The notes under the pieces: generated by a model | Seen by the model: the letters and a program-made list of their open reading frames with translations, nothing else | What the model was told of the DNA's origin: nothing | Databases searched by the model: none | Program-made: the position numbers and the translations under genes | Shown: piece after piece, positions 19,566 to 29,584 of the stretch | How the letters are laid out: every line of letters begins with the position of its first letter | Numbering within the stretch: position 1 is the stretch's first letter | Source: Candidatus Woesearchaeota archaeon | GTDB lineage: Archaea; Nanobdellota; Nanobdellia; Woesearchaeales; JAFCFN01 | NCBI GenBank assembly: GCA_017608625.1 | Contig: JAFCFN010000004.1 | Coordinates: forward strand, 1 to 63,167 | Direction: 5' to 3' | Length of the DNA stretch: 63,167 nt

Positions 19566-20381
19566 TTATTTGTACAATTCTTTCGCTTTTTTATATTCTA
19601 AATTTAATTCTTTTAATAGGTTGATTATTCTTTCTTTATACTGGCCAAGGCCTTTCCAGTCTATGACAATTAAATCAACTTTTTCTTTTGTTTTATCTAA
19701 TGCTTGTTTGAGCATTTCTTTATCCAAATTATCGAGCTGATATTTTGGACAAACATGACCAAATGAATATTCTGTGTTAAGCATTACTTTTTTGAAAATC
19801 GGAGTATGGTGCAAACCGCCTATTCCAAAAGCAATTTTGTAGTTAGGAATTTTTTCTGTTAAAATATGAAGAATTGTTTTAGCAATTATTTGGCCTGCTT
19901 TCTTGTTTTGCCATTGTTCTAAAGAAGAACCAATCTCTATAAACATACATGGTTTTTCTAGATAAGGACCATGATGAGTGCATTCTTGAACTATTTCCCA
20001 TTCAGTATTTTTGGCTAATTTTTCTAGCTTTAACAAAGCCATTTTTAGCAAAGAAGCAGGCGCAATGCATAATTTTTTGTCTTTTCCTCCAAACTCTGCT
20101 TTCCCCCAATTACCTGGAGCATGAACAGATAAAGAGTTTATTTTAGAAGCAGCTTCATGTTTTGTTGCAAATACAAACAAATCAGCATTTATTTGTTTGT
20201 CAATATTCTCACAATAGATCGATTCTTTTTCTGTTGTGTAAATTTTGATATCTTTTAGTTGATAAACAAAATTATTGTCAAATATTTCTGTTGTTTTTTG
20301 GAATGGAAATAGTTCTAACAAATTTTCTTTTATATTAAGTCCTGCTGGATCTTTTTTTGAGATTATTATTGCTGTTTGCAT
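19566..20381 (-). CDS. dtdA: Archaeal D-aminoacyl-tRNA deacylase
   Basis: SKKDPAG, SVHAPGN, ECTHHGP, FIEIGS, GGLH. Confidence 0.93.
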   Translation of the reverse strand: MQTAIIISKKDPAGLNIKENLLELFPFQKTTEIFDNNFVYQLKDIKIYTTEKESIYCENIDKQINADLFVFATKHEAASKINSLSVHAPGNWGKAEFGGKDKKLCIAPASLLKMALLKLEKLAKNTEWEIVQECTHHGPYLEKPCMFIEIGSSLEQWQNKKAGQIIAKTILHILTEKIPNYKIAFGIGGLHHTPIFKKVMLNTEYSFGHVCPKYQLDNLDKEMLKQALDKTKEKVDLIVIDWKGLGQYKERIINLLKELNLEYKKAKELYK

Positions 20382-20447
20382 TTTTATATTAAATATGATA
20401 ATGTTTTTAAATATAGCTTATTTTTATCATATCAAAAAAGAGGTAAA

Positions 20448-23063
20448 ATGCATTATCACGCTTTAAATATTAGTGATGTTTTTAAGGCATTGAATTCTTC
20501 AAGAAAAGGTCTGACAGAAGCAGAGGCAAAAGCAAGACTTGAGAAATATGGCTTAAATGAAATAAAAGAGAAAAAACCAATTTCTGCTTTTAAAATATTT
20601 CTGTCACAGTTTGCATCACCAATAATCTGGATCTTATTGGGAGCAATAATAATTTCTTTAATAATAAAAGAACAGACAGATGCAGTTGTTATAGCTGCAA
20701 TTGTTATTTTAAATGCTGTTTTTGGATTTGTTCAAGAGTTTAAAGCAGGGAAAGCAATAGAGGCATTAAAGAGAATGGCTGGTTTGAAAGCAACTGTTAT
20801 CAGAGATGGAGAAGAGAAAGAAATCAGAGCAGAAGAGTTAGTTCCAGGAGATATTTTAGTTCTAGAAACAGGAGACAAAATAGCAGCTGATGCAAGATTA
20901 ATTGAGTCAGTTAATTTACAAACCCAAGAAGCAGCCTTAACAGGAGAAAGTCTTCCAGTTAAAAAAGAATTGACGATCTTGGATGAATCAATAGGTGTTG
21001 CTGACAGGAAAAACATGGTTTTCTCTGGAACAATTGTTACAAAAGGAAGAGCAAAAGCTATTGTAACTGCAACTGGAATGCAGACAGAGCTAGGAAAGAT
21101 AGCTAGTTTAATAGAGCAAGCTAAACCAGAGCCAACACCTTTACAAAAAAATCTAAAAAATCTTGCTAAGTTTTTAGGTTTGTTTGTCATAATTATTGCA
21201 ATAGTTGTTTTTATTGCAGGCATTATTAGAAAAGAAGCAACAGTAATGGATATGTTGCTTGTTTCTGTAGCATTAGCAGTAGCAGCAATACCTGAAGGTT
21301 TGCCTGCTGTTGTGACTATTTCTCTTGCACTAGGTGTTCAAAGAATGGTAAAAAGAAATGCATTAATCAGAAAATTGCCTAGTGTTGAGACATTGGGAGC
21401 ATGCACTGTTATTTGTACTGATAAAACAGGAACTTTAACTCACAATGAAATGACAGTAAGAAAACTTTATGTAAATAAAGAGGTTATAGAAGTAACTGGT
21501 TCTGGTTATGATTCAGTAGGAAAATTTAGCAAAGACCCAAAGGATTTTGAATTACTATTGAAAATAGGTGCTTTGAATAATGATGCAAAATTAAGAAAAG
21601 AGGGTAATGAGTGGTTAGTTATAGGTGATCCTACAGAAGCTGCATTATTGGTTTCAGCAAAAAAGGCAGGAATTGATATAGAAGATTTACAAGAAAAATA
21701 TCCAAGAAAGCAGGAAATACAGTTTTCTTCTGAGAGAAAGAGGATGACAACTATTCATAAAATAAACAAAAGTTTGTTTGCTTTTACAAAAGGAGCTCCT
21801 GATATAATAATTAATTTATGTGATAGAATTTTAATAAATGGAAGGGTAAGAAAACTGACAAAGCACGATAAAAGAGCAATTCTTGAGCAGAATGAAAAAT
21901 TTGCAAGAAAAGCTCTTAGAGTATTAGGATTTGCTTATAAAAAAATTAAAGGCACAGAATCAGAAGAAGAGATAGAAAGTAATATGATTTTTGTAGGCTT
22001 ACAAGCAATGATTGATCCTCCTAGAAAAGGAGTTAAGGAGGCTATTGCCAAATGTAAAAAAGCAGGAATCAAAGTAGTGATGATAACAGGGGATTATGAA
22101 GGTACAGCAAGAGCAATTGCTGAGGAGATAGGAATAAGAGGTAAGTCTCTTACAGGAGCTGAGTTAGATAGAATTCATAATTTGGAGGACATTGTGGAAG
22201 ATATTGCTATTTATGCAAGAGTTGACCCTGGCCATAAGACAAAGATAATAGATGCTTTGAGAAAGAGAGGCCACACAATAGCAATGACAGGAGATGGGGT
22301 AAATGACGCACCTGCTTTGAAAATGGCAGATATTGGAATAGCAATGGGCGTTACTGGAACAGATGTTGCAAAAGAAGCAAGTGAGATGATACTTACTGAC
22401 GACAATTTTGTAAGTATTGTTAATGCTGTTGAAGAAGGAAGAAGTATTTATGATAATATAAGAAAGTTTGTTTTTTATTTGCTTTCTTCTAATATGGGAG
22501 AAATACTGACATTATTTATAGCAATTTTAATTGGTTTACCTTTACCATTGATTGCTTTACAGATCTTATGGATTAATTTACTGACAGACGGTTTGCCAGC
22601 TTTAGCATTAAGTGTTGATCCTGCTGCACCAGATATTATGGTAAGGCCTCCAAGAAAAGTAAAGGAAAAAATAATGAGTAAAGAGAGAATAATTATGATG
22701 ATTTTTGTTGGTTTGGTAATGATGGTAGGTACACTAGGGATTTTTAAGTATTACAAACCTTCTTTAAATTTAGAATATGCTAGAACAATGGCATTTACAA
22801 CTTTGATGTTTTTTCAAATGTGGAACGTGTTGAATGCAAGATCAGAGAAAAGTAGTTTATTTAAAATTGGAATTTTTACCAATAAATATTTAATAGGAGC
22901 AATGCTTGTATCTATTATATTGCAGTTCATTGTGCTTTATACACCTTTAAATGTGATGTTCCATACACTGGCAATAACTGCTGTTGATTGGATCTATGTT
23001 ATTGCTGTTTCAGCATCAGTATTCATTTTTTACGAAATAATAAAAATCATAAAAAAGAGATAA
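20448..23063 (+). CDS. P-type IIA cation (Ca2+)-transporting ATPase
   Basis: LTGES, IPEGLP, DKTGT, TGDGVNDAPAL; ATG 20448 after GAGG. Confidence 0.95.
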   Translation: MHYHALNISDVFKALNSSRKGLTEAEAKARLEKYGLNEIKEKKPISAFKIFLSQFASPIIWILLGAIIISLIIKEQTDAVVIAAIVILNAVFGFVQEFKAGKAIEALKRMAGLKATVIRDGEEKEIRAEELVPGDILVLETGDKIAADARLIESVNLQTQEAALTGESLPVKKELTILDESIGVADRKNMVFSGTIVTKGRAKAIVTATGMQTELGKIASLIEQAKPEPTPLQKNLKNLAKFLGLFVIIIAIVVFIAGIIRKEATVMDMLLVSVALAVAAIPEGLPAVVTISLALGVQRMVKRNALIRKLPSVETLGACTVICTDKTGTLTHNEMTVRKLYVNKEVIEVTGSGYDSVGKFSKDPKDFELLLKIGALNNDAKLRKEGNEWLVIGDPTEAALLVSAKKAGIDIEDLQEKYPRKQEIQFSSERKRMTTIHKINKSLFAFTKGAPDIIINLCDRILINGRVRKLTKHDKRAILEQNEKFARKALRVLGFAYKKIKGTESEEEIESNMIFVGLQAMIDPPRKGVKEAIAKCKKAGIKVVMITGDYEGTARAIAEEIGIRGKSLTGAELDRIHNLEDIVEDIAIYARVDPGHKTKIIDALRKRGHTIAMTGDGVNDAPALKMADIGIAMGVTGTDVAKEASEMILTDDNFVSIVNAVEEGRSIYDNIRKFVFYLLSSNMGEILTLFIAILIGLPLPLIALQILWINLLTDGLPALALSVDPAAPDIMVRPPRKVKEKIMSKERIIMMIFVGLVMMVGTLGIFKYYKPSLNLEYARTMAFTTLMFFQMWNVLNARSEKSSLFKIGIFTNKYLIGAMLVSIILQFIVLYTPLNVMFHTLAITAVDWIYVIAVSASVFIFYEIIKIIKKR

Positions 23064-23064
23064 A

Positions 23065-24033
23065 ATGTCAATTATTGGTTTAGTAAATATCAATCCTTTA
23101 TTGTTTCATGCAATTGTTATAATTGCCAGTTTGATTGTTCTAATTAAAGCAGCTGATTTAGCGGTTTATGGTATAGTAAGATATGCAAGAAAATTGGGAA
23201 TTTCGGATTATTTAATAGGTTTGATAGTTATTTCTTTGGCAGCTTCATTGCCTGAATTGGTTTCTTCTTTGAATGGAAGTGTGATAGGAGACACAGGAAT
23301 TGTTTTTGGAACTATTCTCGGTTCTAATGTGTGTGGAATTGGTTTGGTTATAGGTGTTTTAGCATTAGTAGGTAAAAGAGTCAGTATGGAGTGTAAGATT
23401 TTTGAGAAAACAAAATCAGACATTTTTCTTTTAAGTTTATTGCCTTTTGTTTTGTTGTTGGATTCCAAATTAAATAGATTCGATGGAGTATTATTAATTA
23501 TTGCTTATTTTATATGGATTGGTTTACTTTGGAAAAGAGAAGGAGAATTAGGAAAAGTCAAGAAAGATGTGAAATTAAAGCACATTTACAGGGATGCTTT
23601 GATATTTATTGGATGCTTGGTTGCAATATTGCTTGCTGCTAGATGGATTGTGTTTAGTTCTGTAAATATTGCCAAATTGTTGGCTATTCCATCATATATA
23701 GTTGCTTTAATTGTAATAGGTATTGGTTCTAGTATACCTGATTTAACAGTTGGGATAAGATCTGTTGTTAGGCATCATGCTTCCATTGGAGTTGGTGATG
23801 CTTTAGGCAGTTTAGTAATGAAAAGCTTACTCTTTTTTGGTATACTCGCTTTAATTAATCCTTTAGTTGTTGAATGGTCAACGATTATTATAGCATTTTT
23901 CTTCATAACAATTATACTAGCTTTAGTTTTAAAATTTACAAAAGACAAAGTAATCAGCTGGAGAGAAGGGTTAATGCTTGTTTTGCTTTATTTTGCTTTT
24001 TTATTTCTGCAGATCTTTTGGTTAGTTTTATAA
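23065..24033 (+). CDS. CaCA-family Na+/Ca2+ antiporter (YrbG-like)
   Basis: Alpha repeats SLPEL..GSN and SSIPDL..GS; about 10 TM. Confidence 0.88.
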   Translation: MSIIGLVNINPLLFHAIVIIASLIVLIKAADLAVYGIVRYARKLGISDYLIGLIVISLAASLPELVSSLNGSVIGDTGIVFGTILGSNVCGIGLVIGVLALVGKRVSMECKIFEKTKSDIFLLSLLPFVLLLDSKLNRFDGVLLIIAYFIWIGLLWKREGELGKVKKDVKLKHIYRDALIFIGCLVAILLAARWIVFSSVNIAKLLAIPSYIVALIVIGIGSSIPDLTVGIRSVVRHHASIGVGDALGSLVMKSLLFFGILALINPLVVEWSTIIIAFFFITIILALVLKFTKDKVISWREGLMLVLLYFAFLFLQIFWLVL

Positions 24034-24057
24034 AGGATGTTTAATATTTTTGCTTTT

Positions 24058-25740
24058 ATGGATTTTTACCAGGAAATAATATCTATTTTGAAAAAGAATA
24101 AACTAACTAAAAAAGAGGTAGCTAGATTAAAGACTAGACTTTGTCGTAAATATAAATTGAAAAGGATTCCTACTGATGTCGAGATTTTATTGAATGCTTC
24201 TGCAGATGATTTACCAAAACTGAAATATTTGCAAACAAAACCTGCAAGAACTTTGTCTGGGGTGAGTCCTGTAGCTGTTATGACTAAACCAATAAGATGT
24301 CCTCATGGAAAATGCGCTTATTGTCCTGGTGGAGTTAGAAGTGTATTTGGAACAGTGCCTCAAAGCTATACTGGAAGAGAGCCTGCTACAAGAAGAGCGA
24401 TAAGAAATCTTTATGATCCTTATTTACAGGTTTTTAATAGGCTAGAGCAATATATCTGCTTAGGACATATGCCTCAAAAAGTTGATTTGATTGTAATGGG
24501 AGGAACATTTCCAAGCTTTCCAAAAAAATATCAGAGAGAGTTTATAACTTATTGCTTTAAAGCAATGAATGATTTTTCTAAATTGTTTTTTAAAAAGAAT
24601 CAATTTGATATTGCTAGATTCAAAGAATTTTTTGAATTGCCAGGGGATATTCACAGTAAAGAAAGGATTGAAAGAATACAGAAAAAATTGTTGAAATTAA
24701 AAAAATCATCACAAACTACTCTTGAGCAAGAGCAAAAGAGAAATGAAAAATCAAATATAAAATGCATTGGTTTAACAATAGAGACAAGACCTGATTATGG
24801 TAAACTAGAGCAGGGTAATTGGATGTTAAAGCTTGGGTGTACAAAGGTTGAATTAGGTATACAGAGTGTTTATGATGATGTTCTGAAAAAGATAGAAAGA
24901 GGACATTCTGTTAAAGATTCTATTGAGTCAATTAGAATATTGAAAGATTTAGGTTTTAAATTAAATTTTCATATGATGCCTGGCTTGCCAGGTGTTAATA
25001 TGCAGAGAGATTTAGAAGGTTTAAAAGAGCTATTTAAAAATCCTGATTTCAGGCCAGATATGTTAAAGTTATATCCTTGCATGGTTGTCAAAGGAACAAA
25101 GCTTTATGATTTGTGGAAGAAAAATAAGTATAAACCATTGACAACAAAACAAGCTGCTGAATTAATAATGGAATTTAAGAAGTCTGTTCCAGAGTATTGT
25201 AGAATAATGAGAGTACAAAGAGATATTCCAACTTATGCTACAGAAGCTGGTGTTGACAGAACAAATTTAAGACAATATATTGAGGAGTTAATGAAAAAGA
25301 AGAAAATAAAATGCAGATGCATAAGATGCAGAGAACCAAGAGGAAGAAATATATCTAACAAGATTAAGATTTTAGCTGGATATTATGAAGCATCTGAAGG
25401 TATGGAGTTTTTTATTTCTGCAGAAGATGTTAAGAATGACATTTTACTAGGGTTTTGCAGATTAAGATTCCCTTCACAAAGTTTAAGAGAAGAGATAACA
25501 AACAAAACAGCCTTAATAAGAGAGTTGCATGTTTATGGACAATTAGCTGAGATAGGAAAAAAAGGTATTGTGCAGCACAAAGGAATAGGTAAAAAATTGC
25601 TAAAAAAAGCAGAGAAAATAGCAAAAATTTATTACAAAAATAAGATTGTTGTTATAGCAGGAATAGGTGCAAGAGAGTATTTTAGAAAACTTGGTTATAG
25701 AAGAGAAGGACCTTATATGGTAAAATTTTTGAAAAAATAA
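24058..25740 (+). CDS. elp3: Elp3 tRNA U34 carboxymethyltransferase (radical SAM + KAT)
   Basis: CPHGKCAYCP, QSYTGREP, ETRPD, RELHVYG, QHKGIG; start 24037 also possible. Confidence 0.96.
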   Translation: MDFYQEIISILKKNKLTKKEVARLKTRLCRKYKLKRIPTDVEILLNASADDLPKLKYLQTKPARTLSGVSPVAVMTKPIRCPHGKCAYCPGGVRSVFGTVPQSYTGREPATRRAIRNLYDPYLQVFNRLEQYICLGHMPQKVDLIVMGGTFPSFPKKYQREFITYCFKAMNDFSKLFFKKNQFDIARFKEFFELPGDIHSKERIERIQKKLLKLKKSSQTTLEQEQKRNEKSNIKCIGLTIETRPDYGKLEQGNWMLKLGCTKVELGIQSVYDDVLKKIERGHSVKDSIESIRILKDLGFKLNFHMMPGLPGVNMQRDLEGLKELFKNPDFRPDMLKLYPCMVVKGTKLYDLWKKNKYKPLTTKQAAELIMEFKKSVPEYCRIMRVQRDIPTYATEAGVDRTNLRQYIEELMKKKKIKCRCIRCREPRGRNISNKIKILAGYYEASEGMEFFISAEDVKNDILLGFCRLRFPSQSLREEITNKTALIRELHVYGQLAEIGKKGIVQHKGIGKKLLKKAEKIAKIYYKNKIVVIAGIGAREYFRKLGYRREGPYMVKFLKK

Positions 25741-25741
25741 A

Positions 25742-26686
25742 ATGCTAACTCCAATCCCAGGAACAGAAAATATAGAATTCAAGCAAGCATTTGTAGAGAG
25801 ATATAGCAAGCTTGCTGATTGGGGAGAGTTTAAGAAATATTCTTTATCTTTTTTGAGGAGAAGTATTAGAGTTAATACCTTAAAGATTTCTGTGGATGAA
25901 TTGAAGAAAAGATTGGGTAAAGAATGGAAGCTAAAGCAAATACCTTGGTGTAAAGAGGGGTTTTGGATAGAGCATAAAAAAGGTGAAAGAAGAGATATTG
26001 GCAATACATTAGAACATTCCTTGGGTTATATTTATGTTCAGGAAGCAGCTTCTATGTTACCGCCTTTAATTTTGAAACCAAAACCAGGAGAGATTGTGTT
26101 AGATATGTGTGCAGCTCCTGGAAGCAAGGCAACACAAATAGCAGCTTTGATGAAAAACAGAGGAGTATTGATTGCGAATGATATAAAAGGGGACAGGATT
26201 GCTGCATTAGGTATTAATATACAAAGAATGGGAATAACTAATACAATAATTACACAAATGTCTGGAGATTGGTTTAAAGAGATAGAATTTGATAAAATTC
26301 TTGTTGACGCTCCTTGTTCAGGAACAGGCACAATAAGAAAGAGTTTGAAAACATTACAAATATGGAACCCTAACATGATTAAAAGATTGGCAGGACTGCA
26401 AAGGAAATTAATAGACAGCGCTTTTAATTGTTTAAAAAAAGAAGGAAATTTAGTTTATTCAACTTGTTCATTAGAGCCTGAAGAGAATGAAGGAGTTGTT
26501 AATTTTTTATTAAATAAATATGAGAATGCAAAGTTAATTGATATTAAATTAAATATTAAAAAAAGTCCTGCTATTTTAGAATTCGAAGATAAAAGATACA
26601 ATAAAGAGATAAAGAAATGCTTAAGAATCTGGCCACAGGACAATGATACTGAAGGATTTTTTGTAGCTAAAATTAAGAAAAAATGA
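25742..26686 (+). CDS. NOL1/NOP2/Sun RNA m5C methyltransferase
   Basis: LDMCAAPGSK, DAPCSG, YSTCS. Confidence 0.95.
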   Translation: MLTPIPGTENIEFKQAFVERYSKLADWGEFKKYSLSFLRRSIRVNTLKISVDELKKRLGKEWKLKQIPWCKEGFWIEHKKGERRDIGNTLEHSLGYIYVQEAASMLPPLILKPKPGEIVLDMCAAPGSKATQIAALMKNRGVLIANDIKGDRIAALGINIQRMGITNTIITQMSGDWFKEIEFDKILVDAPCSGTGTIRKSLKTLQIWNPNMIKRLAGLQRKLIDSAFNCLKKEGNLVYSTCSLEPEENEGVVNFLLNKYENAKLIDIKLNIKKSPAILEFEDKRYNKEIKKCLRIWPQDNDTEGFFVAKIKKK

Positions 26687-27063
26687 GAAAAAAAGGAAAA
26701 CCTAAAAAAATTAGGAAAATAAAGCAGATTGCATTAGAGAGAATAAAAATTTTGTTTGAACAAGCTGAGAAGATAGCAAAAGAAGATCCTTCCTTAGCAA
26801 ACAGATATGTTTATTTGGCTAGAAAAATATCTATGAAAGCTAAGGTAAGAATTCCTAGAGAACTAAAAAGAAGATTCTGTAAACATTGCTATGTTTATTT
26901 TATTCCAGGAGTTAATTATAGAGTTAGAATACAGAGGGGAAAAGTTGTTTATTACTGCTTTAATTGTAAAAAATATATGAGGTTTCCTTATGTTAAAGAA
27001 CAAAAGGCTAAAAGATCAAGTAAAAATAATCACTTGAGAGTAAATAAAAATAGAAAGATTTAA
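26683..27063 (+). CDS. rnp4: RNase P protein Rpp21
   Basis: IALERI..LF, KRRFCKHC..CFNC zinc ribbon. Confidence 0.92.
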   Translation: MRKKGKPKKIRKIKQIALERIKILFEQAEKIAKEDPSLANRYVYLARKISMKAKVRIPRELKRRFCKHCYVYFIPGVNYRVRIQRGKVVYYCFNCKKYMRFPYVKEQKAKRSSKNNHLRVNKNRKI

Positions 27064-27089
27064 ATATATTTTTTTTCTGCATTCATATT

Positions 27090-27389
27090 ATGGCTCATCT
27101 TAATAATATTGAACACTGGCAAACCATAAACAAGATATTAGGATATAATCTAGATAAATTTAAACATATGAGATCAAAACATATTGATGATTCAATTGAT
27201 GATATGCAATTTGAAAGATTTATGCGGAATTTAAGTGAGGCAGAAAGAAAGGAAATTAAAAAATATGAATTGGATATTGTTTATTCTCGTTTTCTTTGTG
27301 CGCTTTATGGAATAGATTATGTACAACCCCATTCTAAAAAATTGAAACTTGCGAGTATGAGAAGATATCAAAAAAGGTTTTTTGGTTAA
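27090..27389 (+). CDS. Hypothetical protein
   Basis: 99-aa ORF preceded by TTTAAATA. Confidence 0.55.
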   Translation: MAHLNNIEHWQTINKILGYNLDKFKHMRSKHIDDSIDDMQFERFMRNLSEAERKEIKKYELDIVYSRFLCALYGIDYVQPHSKKLKLASMRRYQKRFFG

Positions 27390-27429
27390 AAAGTAAAGTT
27401 TTTTATAGGAGTTGCTTATATATTACTTC

Positions 27430-27693
27430 ATGCAATATAATTTAGAACTAGACAAAGTAATAAAAGAAATAAGAAGACAAAAGGCAAAAGTAGTTTGTAT
27501 CCAATTGCCAGATGGTTTAAAACCAATTGCTAAACACATAGTTGATAAAATAGAGTTAGAAACGAATTCTAAAATAATAATGTGGCAAGGAAGTTGTTTT
27601 GGAGCATGTGATTTGCCTTTACAATTGGAAAACTTGGGCATCGATTTAGTGGTGCAATTTGGGCATAATGAATATGAAAGAAAACTTAGTTAA
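27430..27693 (+). CDS. Diphthamide synthesis Dph2, N-terminal domain only
   Basis: CIQLPDGLK, SCFGACD, VVQFGH; stops after about 87 aa. Confidence 0.8.
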   Translation: MQYNLELDKVIKEIRRQKAKVVCIQLPDGLKPIAKHIVDKIELETNSKIIMWQGSCFGACDLPLQLENLGIDLVVQFGHNEYERKLS

Positions 27694-28249
27694 AGTAATT
27701 GAGAATGCCGTAGAAATTGTTGAGGCATTGGAAAAAAAGAATGAAAAAATTTACAAAAAAAGAGCTCATATAATGAAAAGATTAAAGAAGTGGGAGGCAG
27801 CAAGAAAAGAAAGATACGCCAGAGTTCCAGATATGCTGAAACAGCAAATTTCGAATTACTATAAAGAAGCCTATTTGTTGGATAGAAGAATTGCCAAACT
27901 TTTGATAGAACATGTTTTAGAATTAATGGTTGCAGAGGATGAACAAAGAACTGTTATTTATTTAAAATTAAAAAAGTTACAGGATGTTTTATCGGATGAA
28001 GATACATTGGTGGCTCTTCTAAATGATCAAAAATCGTATATGATTAATTCTCTAAGATATCTGCAATCATTTAGAGAAGCAGCAGAAAAGGTATTAAAAA
28101 TAAACAAAGAGAAAAATTTGATAAAACTTACCCTTGATATCAAAAGCGAGGAAAAGCTTATTAACAAATTCAATAAAGATATTGATAAACAAATAAAATT
28201 AATAAAAAAAGAAGAAAGATATAGTAAAGCATTGGCAAAAGCAAGATAA
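27668..28249 (+). CDS. Hypothetical coiled-coil protein
   Basis: Highly charged helical ORF. Confidence 0.6.
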   Translation: MNMKENLVKVIENAVEIVEALEKKNEKIYKKRAHIMKRLKKWEAARKERYARVPDMLKQQISNYYKEAYLLDRRIAKLLIEHVLELMVAEDEQRTVIYLKLKKLQDVLSDEDTLVALLNDQKSYMINSLRYLQSFREAAEKVLKINKEKNLIKLTLDIKSEEKLINKFNKDIDKQIKLIKKEERYSKALAKAR

Positions 28250-28251
28250 AA

Positions 28252-28710
28252 ATGCAATTTTTCATTTATTTTTTGGTATCAGCAATATCTTTCTTAGGTT
28301 TGGCATTTGGAATAATTATAGCATTTATTGCTAAAGATGAGCTAAAACAAGGAAAAAAGTATTTTATTACATTGCAAAACGCAATTGTAGCTTTATCAGT
28401 AGGTGTTTTAGCTTATTTTTATAAAATTGATTTATACTTTGTTGTGATTTTGACACTGCTGATTTTTTTTGTATTATTTTACATTGAAAATGTAAAAAAG
28501 AGTTACGTGATCTATCCGTTGCTTGCATTTATATTTTATATTAGCAGTGGAATTACTTCTTTTTTTGTTGTAGAATCTGTGTTAATCTTTTTATATGGAT
28601 TTCCAACAGCAGCTTTGTTGGTTAGAAAAAGAAAAGACATAATATATGTTATTTTAAAGCACATACCTTTTTTGATTATTGTAAATTTTCTTCCTTTAGT
28701 TTTTCCTTAA
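28252..28710 (+). CDS. Hypothetical integral membrane protein
   Basis: Five to six TM segments, AKDELKQGKKY loop. Confidence 0.7.
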   Translation: MQFFIYFLVSAISFLGLAFGIIIAFIAKDELKQGKKYFITLQNAIVALSVGVLAYFYKIDLYFVVILTLLIFFVLFYIENVKKSYVIYPLLAFIFYISSGITSFFVVESVLIFLYGFPTAALLVRKRKDIIYVILKHIPFLIIVNFLPLVFP

Positions 28711-29491
28711 GCAAAGTTCTATTAACCTCTTCTTTCCCAACATTTTTTGAAAAAAGCCTTTTAATTTTTGCTATTACTCTAGGATCTTTGTAGTTTTCTC
28801 CAATTAATGCTGCTGCTAATTTTTTGTATTCTATAACCGCTTTACCTAAAGGAGAATGCTGAGAAGCAGGGATTGTGTAAGCAACGGATTCAAGTATTTT
28901 TATATCCTCTGGCAGTACAGCTAATACAGGCACATCTGTTGCTTCCTCTATCTCCTCCAAGCTTAATTCGAATTTTTTATTTCTAACTTTATTTAGTATC
29001 AAACCAGCAATAGGTGTCTTCTTTCTTTTTGCCACTTTTACAGCGTGCATTGTACAGCTTAAAGTTGGAAAATCCGGGGATGTTACAGCAATTAGCTGAT
29101 CAGATGCAACCATTGTTGCTATAATCTCTTCATTTAAAGTAGGAGAAGAGTCTAGTATAATCACATCATAATCTTTTTTGATATCATTTAGTTTTCTCTT
29201 TAATTCAAAAGGATTTATCTTTCTTCCTAGTAAAGCTCCTGGAAGAACATCAAACTGCTCATACTTTTTTATTGCTTTTGTTATTGGGACATTTTTGTTT
29301 AAAACATCATGCAGTGTAAATTCTGGATCAACTATACCTAGATGTAAGCCTAGATTTGGAGCAGAGAAATTAGCATCAACAATTAGAACCTTTTTATTAA
29401 ACTCATTGGCTAAGATAGCACCTAGATTAACAGCAGTGGTTGTTTTCCCTACACCTCCTTTTATAGAAATTACCCCAATAACTTTGCCCAT
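28676..29491 (-). CDS. minD: MinD/ParA-family ATPase
   Basis: KGGVGKTT, VDAN..PNLGLHLG, ILDSSP, ILNKV; GGAGGTG RBS. Confidence 0.9.
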   Translation of the reverse strand: MGKVIGVISIKGGVGKTTTAVNLGAILANEFNKKVLIVDANFSAPNLGLHLGIVDPEFTLHDVLNKNVPITKAIKKYEQFDVLPGALLGRKINPFELKRKLNDIKKDYDVIILDSSPTLNEEIIATMVASDQLIAVTSPDFPTLSCTMHAVKVAKRKKTPIAGLILNKVRNKKFELSLEEIEEATDVPVLAVLPEDIKILESVAYTIPASQHSPLGKAVIEYKKLAAALIGENYKDPRVIAKIKRLFSKNVGKEEVNRTLLKEKLKEENLQ

Positions 29492-29506
29492 TATTTATAC
29501 ACCTCC

Positions 29507-29584
29507 AAACCTCAAAAGGTTTGATCGTTTAAGGGACATGCGCTCACTTTGTTCGCTTAGTCCCTTGGTCTCGCTTTGCTTGAC
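29507..29584 (-). repeat. Intergenic bipartite palindromic element, copy B
   Basis: AAACCT-CAAA-AGGTTT, GATC, AAGGGAC-ATGCGCTCACTTTGTTCGCTTA-GTCCCTT, then GTCTCGCTTTGCTTGAC. Confidence 0.7.
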
